64,000 nt of DNA from Hydrocarboniphaga sp. GTDB taxonomy: Bacteria; Pseudomonadota; Gammaproteobacteria; Nevskiales; Nevskiaceae. Positions 60,450 through 64,000 of the stretch are shown here, in pieces. A model generated the notes under the pieces. That model was not told the origin of the DNA. It searched no databases and saw only the letters and a program-made list of their open reading frames with translations. Every line of letters starts with the position of its first letter. The stretch's first letter is position 1. The position numbers were made by a program, and so were the translations under genes. Where the stretch lies: contig NZ_JAQGNT010000062.1 of assembly GCF_028291725.1 (NCBI RefSeq), positions 2,966 through 66,965 on the forward strand, read 5' to 3'.

Positions 60450-60477
60450 TGTCTAGATCGTGTCTGGAGTCTGACAA
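60450..60477. promoter_or_regulatory. 11-bp-spaced direct repeats (CarH-type operator candidate)
   Basis: Minus strand TTGTCA, CAGACA, TAGACA at an 11-bp period just upstream of the regulator start. Confidence 0.45.
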
Positions 60478-60632
60478 GCCAAGCTGAACCTAAATTGAGC
60501 CCGTCCAGCCTGGCCTTGGGTTCACTGACAGGCCAGCCGGCGGCGGCTATGCTCGCGCGTTGTTCAGCTTGCCCACCGTTTCCGCACCGTTTCTGCGTCC
60601 TCACCAGTCCCTGCCCGGGAAAAGGCTTGCCG

Positions 60633-61982
60633 ATGGCATCGAGCGCTGCCGAATCGCGTCTGACCCGCTTGCGCGAGGCCCTGGACGGCGGCCGCCTGCT
60701 GCCGGTGAAACGCTCGCTGGCGGCGCTGAATCCGGCCGAGATCGCGGACCTGCTCGCGGCCCTGCCCTGGGCCGAGCGCAAGCTGGTCTGGGACATGGTC
60801 GCCCCGGAAGACGACGGCGAAGTATTGCTGCACTTGCCCGAAGGCGTGCGCGACAACCTGATGCGCGACATGGACACCGACGAGCTGGTGGCGGCGGCCG
60901 GCGAACTCGACATCGACGATCTCGCCGACTTCGTCGAGCACCTGCCGGAGACCGTCGCGCAGCAGGTGATGCTGGCGCTGGACGCCGACGACCGCACGCG
61001 GCTCGAGTCGGTGCTGGCCTTCGAGCCCGACACCGCCGGCGGCCTGATGAACACCGACACGGTGACGGTACGGCCCGACGTGTCGCTGGAAGTGGTGCAG
61101 CGCTATCTGCGCCGGCGCGGCGATCTGCCCTCGCATACCGACGCGCTGTTCGTGGTCGACCGCTACGGCGGCTACCTGGGCACACTGAGCCTGGACAAGC
61201 TGCTGACGCGGCCCGAGGACCATCTGGTGGCGCAGGTCATGGACCGCTCGCGCGAAGCGCTGCCGGTGACGATGAAGGCGCGCGAAGTGTCGCAGCGCTT
61301 CCAGAGTTCGGATCTGGTATCGGCGCCGGTGGTCACGCCCGGTGACGGCCGACTGGTCGGCCGCATCACCATCGACGACGTCGTCGACGTGATCCGCGCC
61401 GATGCGCAGCACGACTGGCTGTCGATGGCTGGCCTCAACCAGGAAGAGGATCTGTTCGCGCCGGTGCGGCCGGCCGCGCGCCGCCGCGCGGTCTGGCTGG
61501 GTATCAACCTGGTCACCGCGTTCGCGGCGTCCTACGTGGTCGGCCAGTTCGAGGCGACGATCACCCAGATCGTCGCGCTGGCGGTGCTGATGCCGGTGGT
61601 CGCGAGCATGGGCGGCATCGCCGGCAGCCAGACGCTGACCCTGATGATCCGCGGCTACGCGCTCAACCAGATCGGCGGCGGCAATACGCTGTGGCTGCTG
61701 CGCAAGGAAATCCTGGTCGCGCTGATGAACGGCGTGCTGTGGGCCGTGGTCGTCGCGATCATCGCGTACTTCTGGTTCCACAGTTTCATGCTCGCCCTGG
61801 TGGTCGGCATGGCGATGCTGGCGAATCAGGCGATCGCGGCCCTGGTCGGCGTGTTCGTGCCGGTGACGCTGAAGAAGCTCGGCGTCGACCCGGCACTCGC
61901 TGGCAGCGTGGTGCTGACCACGTTCACCGACGTCTGCGGATTTTTCTGCCTGCTGGGGCTGGGAACGCTGATTTTGATGTGA
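60633..61982 (+). CDS. mgtE: magnesium transporter
   Basis: MgtE_N, CBS pair, GRITIDD, MGGIAGSQ, DPALAGSVVLTTFTDV. Confidence 0.93.
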   Translation: MASSAAESRLTRLREALDGGRLLPVKRSLAALNPAEIADLLAALPWAERKLVWDMVAPEDDGEVLLHLPEGVRDNLMRDMDTDELVAAAGELDIDDLADFVEHLPETVAQQVMLALDADDRTRLESVLAFEPDTAGGLMNTDTVTVRPDVSLEVVQRYLRRRGDLPSHTDALFVVDRYGGYLGTLSLDKLLTRPEDHLVAQVMDRSREALPVTMKAREVSQRFQSSDLVSAPVVTPGDGRLVGRITIDDVVDVIRADAQHDWLSMAGLNQEEDLFAPVRPAARRRAVWLGINLVTAFAASYVVGQFEATITQIVALAVLMPVVASMGGIAGSQTLTLMIRGYALNQIGGGNTLWLLRKEILVALMNGVLWAVVVAIIAYFWFHSFMLALVVGMAMLANQAIAALVGVFVPVTLKKLGVDPALAGSVVLTTFTDVCGFFCLLGLGTLILM

Positions 61983-61990
61983 TCGATGCG

Positions 61991-62067
61991 TGGGGTTCGC
62001 TGCGCTCACCCCAACCTACGAAATGCCGAAGATCGTGTAGGTTGGGGTGAGCAAAGCGAACCCCAAC
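61991..62067. repeat. REP family B doublet (GTAG ends inward)
   Basis: Same sequence family as 23022-23099, between convergent genes. Confidence 0.88.
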
Positions 62068-62083
62068 ACTCTCACAACGAAAC

Positions 62084-63439
62084 CTATTCACCCGCGAGCT
62101 GCAGCCCGTCGATCAGCACCGAGCCGCAGCGAACATTGGCGCGCGTATCGACATCGGCGCCGAGCACGCGAATGCGCCGGTACATCTCGAGCAGGTTGCC
62201 GGCGATGGTCACGTTCTCGACCGGATACGCGATCTCGCCGTTCTCGACCCAGAACCCGGCCGCGCCTCGCGAATAATCACCGGTGACGCCGTTGACGCCC
62301 TGGCCCATCAGTTCGGTCACCAGCAGGCCCTCGCCCATCTCCCTGATCAGCTGCTCGTAGCCCAGTTCGCCATGACTCGCGACCAGGTTGTAGACGCCGC
62401 CGGCGTTGCCGGTGGTTTCCAGCCCGAGCTTGCGCGCCGAATAGCTGCCGAGCAGCCAGCCGCGCAGCACGCCGGCTTCGACCAGATGGCGCTGCGCGGT
62501 CGCCACGCCCTCCTGATCGAACGAGCTGCTGGACGAGCCGCCGCGGATGAAGGGCTGCTGCTCCAGCGTGACGATGTCCGAGAACACCGGCTGGTCCAGG
62601 TGCTCGAGCAGGAAGCTGGCGCGACGATACAGCGCGCCGCCGGAGATCGCGCCGATGAAATGGCCGAACAGGCCGCGCGCCTGCTGCGGCACGAACATCA
62701 CCGGCACGGTGCGGGTCGACAGACGTTTTGCGCCCAGCCTTGCAATCGTGCGCTCACCGGCGCGGCGGCCGATCGCCTCCGCGGTATCGAGCAGCTGCGC
62801 ATTGCGGCCGCCGTCGTACCAGTAGTCGCGCTGCATGTTGCCGGCCGGATCGGCGGCGATCACCGCGCAGGACAGCGAGTGCTGGGTGCCGCTGCGGCGG
62901 CCGACGAAGCCATGGCTGTTGGCATAGATAGACACGCCGCGCTGGGTCGACAGGCCCGAGCCTTCGCTCTGGGTGATGCGCGCATCCACAGCCAGCGCCG
63001 CCGCCTCGCAGGCGCGCGCCATCTCGATCGCCTGGTCCGGCGTCACGTCCCAGGGATGATCCAGCGACAGATCGGGGAATTGGGTCGCCAGGCGAGCACG
63101 ATCGGCGAGCCCGGAGAACGGATCTTCCTCGGTAACGCCGGCGATCGCGCAGGCGGCTTCCATCGCCTGGCGGATGCCGGAGTCGGACAGATCGCCGGTC
63201 GATGCACTGCCCTTGCGATGCCCGAAGTAGACCGTCAACGACAGCCCGCGATCACGCTGGAACTCCAGGCTCTCGACCTCGCTCTTGCGCACACTGACGG
63301 AGAGACCGCGGGAGTGCGAGAGGCTGGCCTCGGCCTGCGTCGCGCCAGCAGCCTTGGCGGCGTCGAGCACGCGCAGCACCAGCGGCTCCAGATCGGCGGA
63401 AAGCGGGAGACCATCGGAGGGTGTCAGGGCGGGTGACAT
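62084..63439 (-). CDS. pmbA: metalloprotease PmbA/TldE
   Basis: MQRDYWY, FDQEGV, TTGNAGG, GQGVNGVTGDYSRGAAG, TIAGNL. Confidence 0.93.
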   Translation of the reverse strand: MSPALTPSDGLPLSADLEPLVLRVLDAAKAAGATQAEASLSHSRGLSVSVRKSEVESLEFQRDRGLSLTVYFGHRKGSASTGDLSDSGIRQAMEAACAIAGVTEEDPFSGLADRARLATQFPDLSLDHPWDVTPDQAIEMARACEAAALAVDARITQSEGSGLSTQRGVSIYANSHGFVGRRSGTQHSLSCAVIAADPAGNMQRDYWYDGGRNAQLLDTAEAIGRRAGERTIARLGAKRLSTRTVPVMFVPQQARGLFGHFIGAISGGALYRRASFLLEHLDQPVFSDIVTLEQQPFIRGGSSSSSFDQEGVATAQRHLVEAGVLRGWLLGSYSARKLGLETTGNAGGVYNLVASHGELGYEQLIREMGEGLLVTELMGQGVNGVTGDYSRGAAGFWVENGEIAYPVENVTIAGNLLEMYRRIRVLGADVDTRANVRCGSVLIDGLQLAGE

Positions 63440-63609
63440 GGCGGCAAGAGTTCGTCGGCAGCGGAGCAGACGCCAGCTTATCACCGGGAAACTATTCAGC
63501 CCGGAGCAAGCCACGAAGTCCATCGTGTCGCGGCGCTTGAATCTTGATCGCTCGGCGGGACAAAGATCCCGGTACTACACATCCACAAAATCCACAAAGG
63601 AGCAAGCCC

Positions 63610-63939
63610 ATGAATCATCGCATCGCCATTACCGTCGCCGCTCTCAGCCTGATGGCGGCGTCCGCCGGCCCCGCGTTCGCTGGCGACGACCGCTTGGAGA
63701 ATCAGGCCGAAGCGCGCCAGGACCTGCGTGAGAACCAGCAGCAGAACCGCAAGGAACTGAATCAGAAGATTCAGGAAGAAAAGAAGAACGATCCGAACTT
63801 CAGCCATCAGGACGCGGCCGCCGCCCGGCATGCCCAGGACGAACGCATGCAGGACAAGCGCCAGAATTTGAGGGAGAAACAGCAGGACGCCCGCCAGAAC
63901 GATCGCCAGGAAGCCAAAGACGCCAAAGACAAAAACTGA
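63610..63939 (+). CDS. secreted Q/N/D/E/K-rich coiled-coil protein
   Basis: AAGGAG RBS, signal peptide ending AFA, hydrophilic repeats. Confidence 0.8.
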   Translation: MNHRIAITVAALSLMAASAGPAFAGDDRLENQAEARQDLRENQQQNRKELNQKIQEEKKNDPNFSHQDAAAARHAQDERMQDKRQNLREKQQDARQNDRQEAKDAKDKN

Positions 63940-64000
63940 TGTGGTCGCGCGGCATCCCGGGTCGCGGATGCGTCCGCGATCACGACAGCGATCACGACAG

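Noticed and set aside
63977..64000. 12-bp tandem repeat CGATCACGACAG at the window edge
   Set aside because: Only two copies and truncated by the window, so it cannot be interpreted.

Overview
A GC-rich bacterial chromosomal window, probably gammaproteobacterial (a Nevskiales/Xanthomonadales-like lineage is my guess from gene content and REP style). It holds about 50 intact genes. These include gabD, an AraC/GMC-oxidoreductase/BVMO-esterase unit, tex, mrdA, an OmpR-type two-component pair, an HDAC-Pat pair, and a general-stress island around an AlgB-like sigma54 activator (DUF748, egtB, dodecin, YqjD/E/K). They also include a TetR-TolC-MFP-RND efflux operon, a guanidine-I-riboswitch-led guanidine carboxylase operon (ABC, cgdAB, uca, atzF), a CarH-like MerR regulator, mgtE and pmbA. 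The best candidate for an undescribed system is 33499-39609: an array of Pho-box-like repeats in front of an operon for a membrane-anchored class-III PLP enzyme, a PHP-phosphoesterase/GT4 fusion, a pyruvoyl PS-decarboxylase homologue and a His-rich membrane protein. I infer a phosphate-starvation lipid-remodelling pathway. Two unannotated sRNA candidates with C-rich loops also stand out: one with a clean sigmaE promoter (11731-11852) and one in a sigma54/AlgB-type context (32801-32882). Four GTAG REP families, a MITE-like element and an in-frame palindrome inside uca are present, along with many genes collapsed by internal deletion. No tRNA, rRNA, CRISPR array or transposase was seen. All calls come from motif reading by eye; no searches were run.
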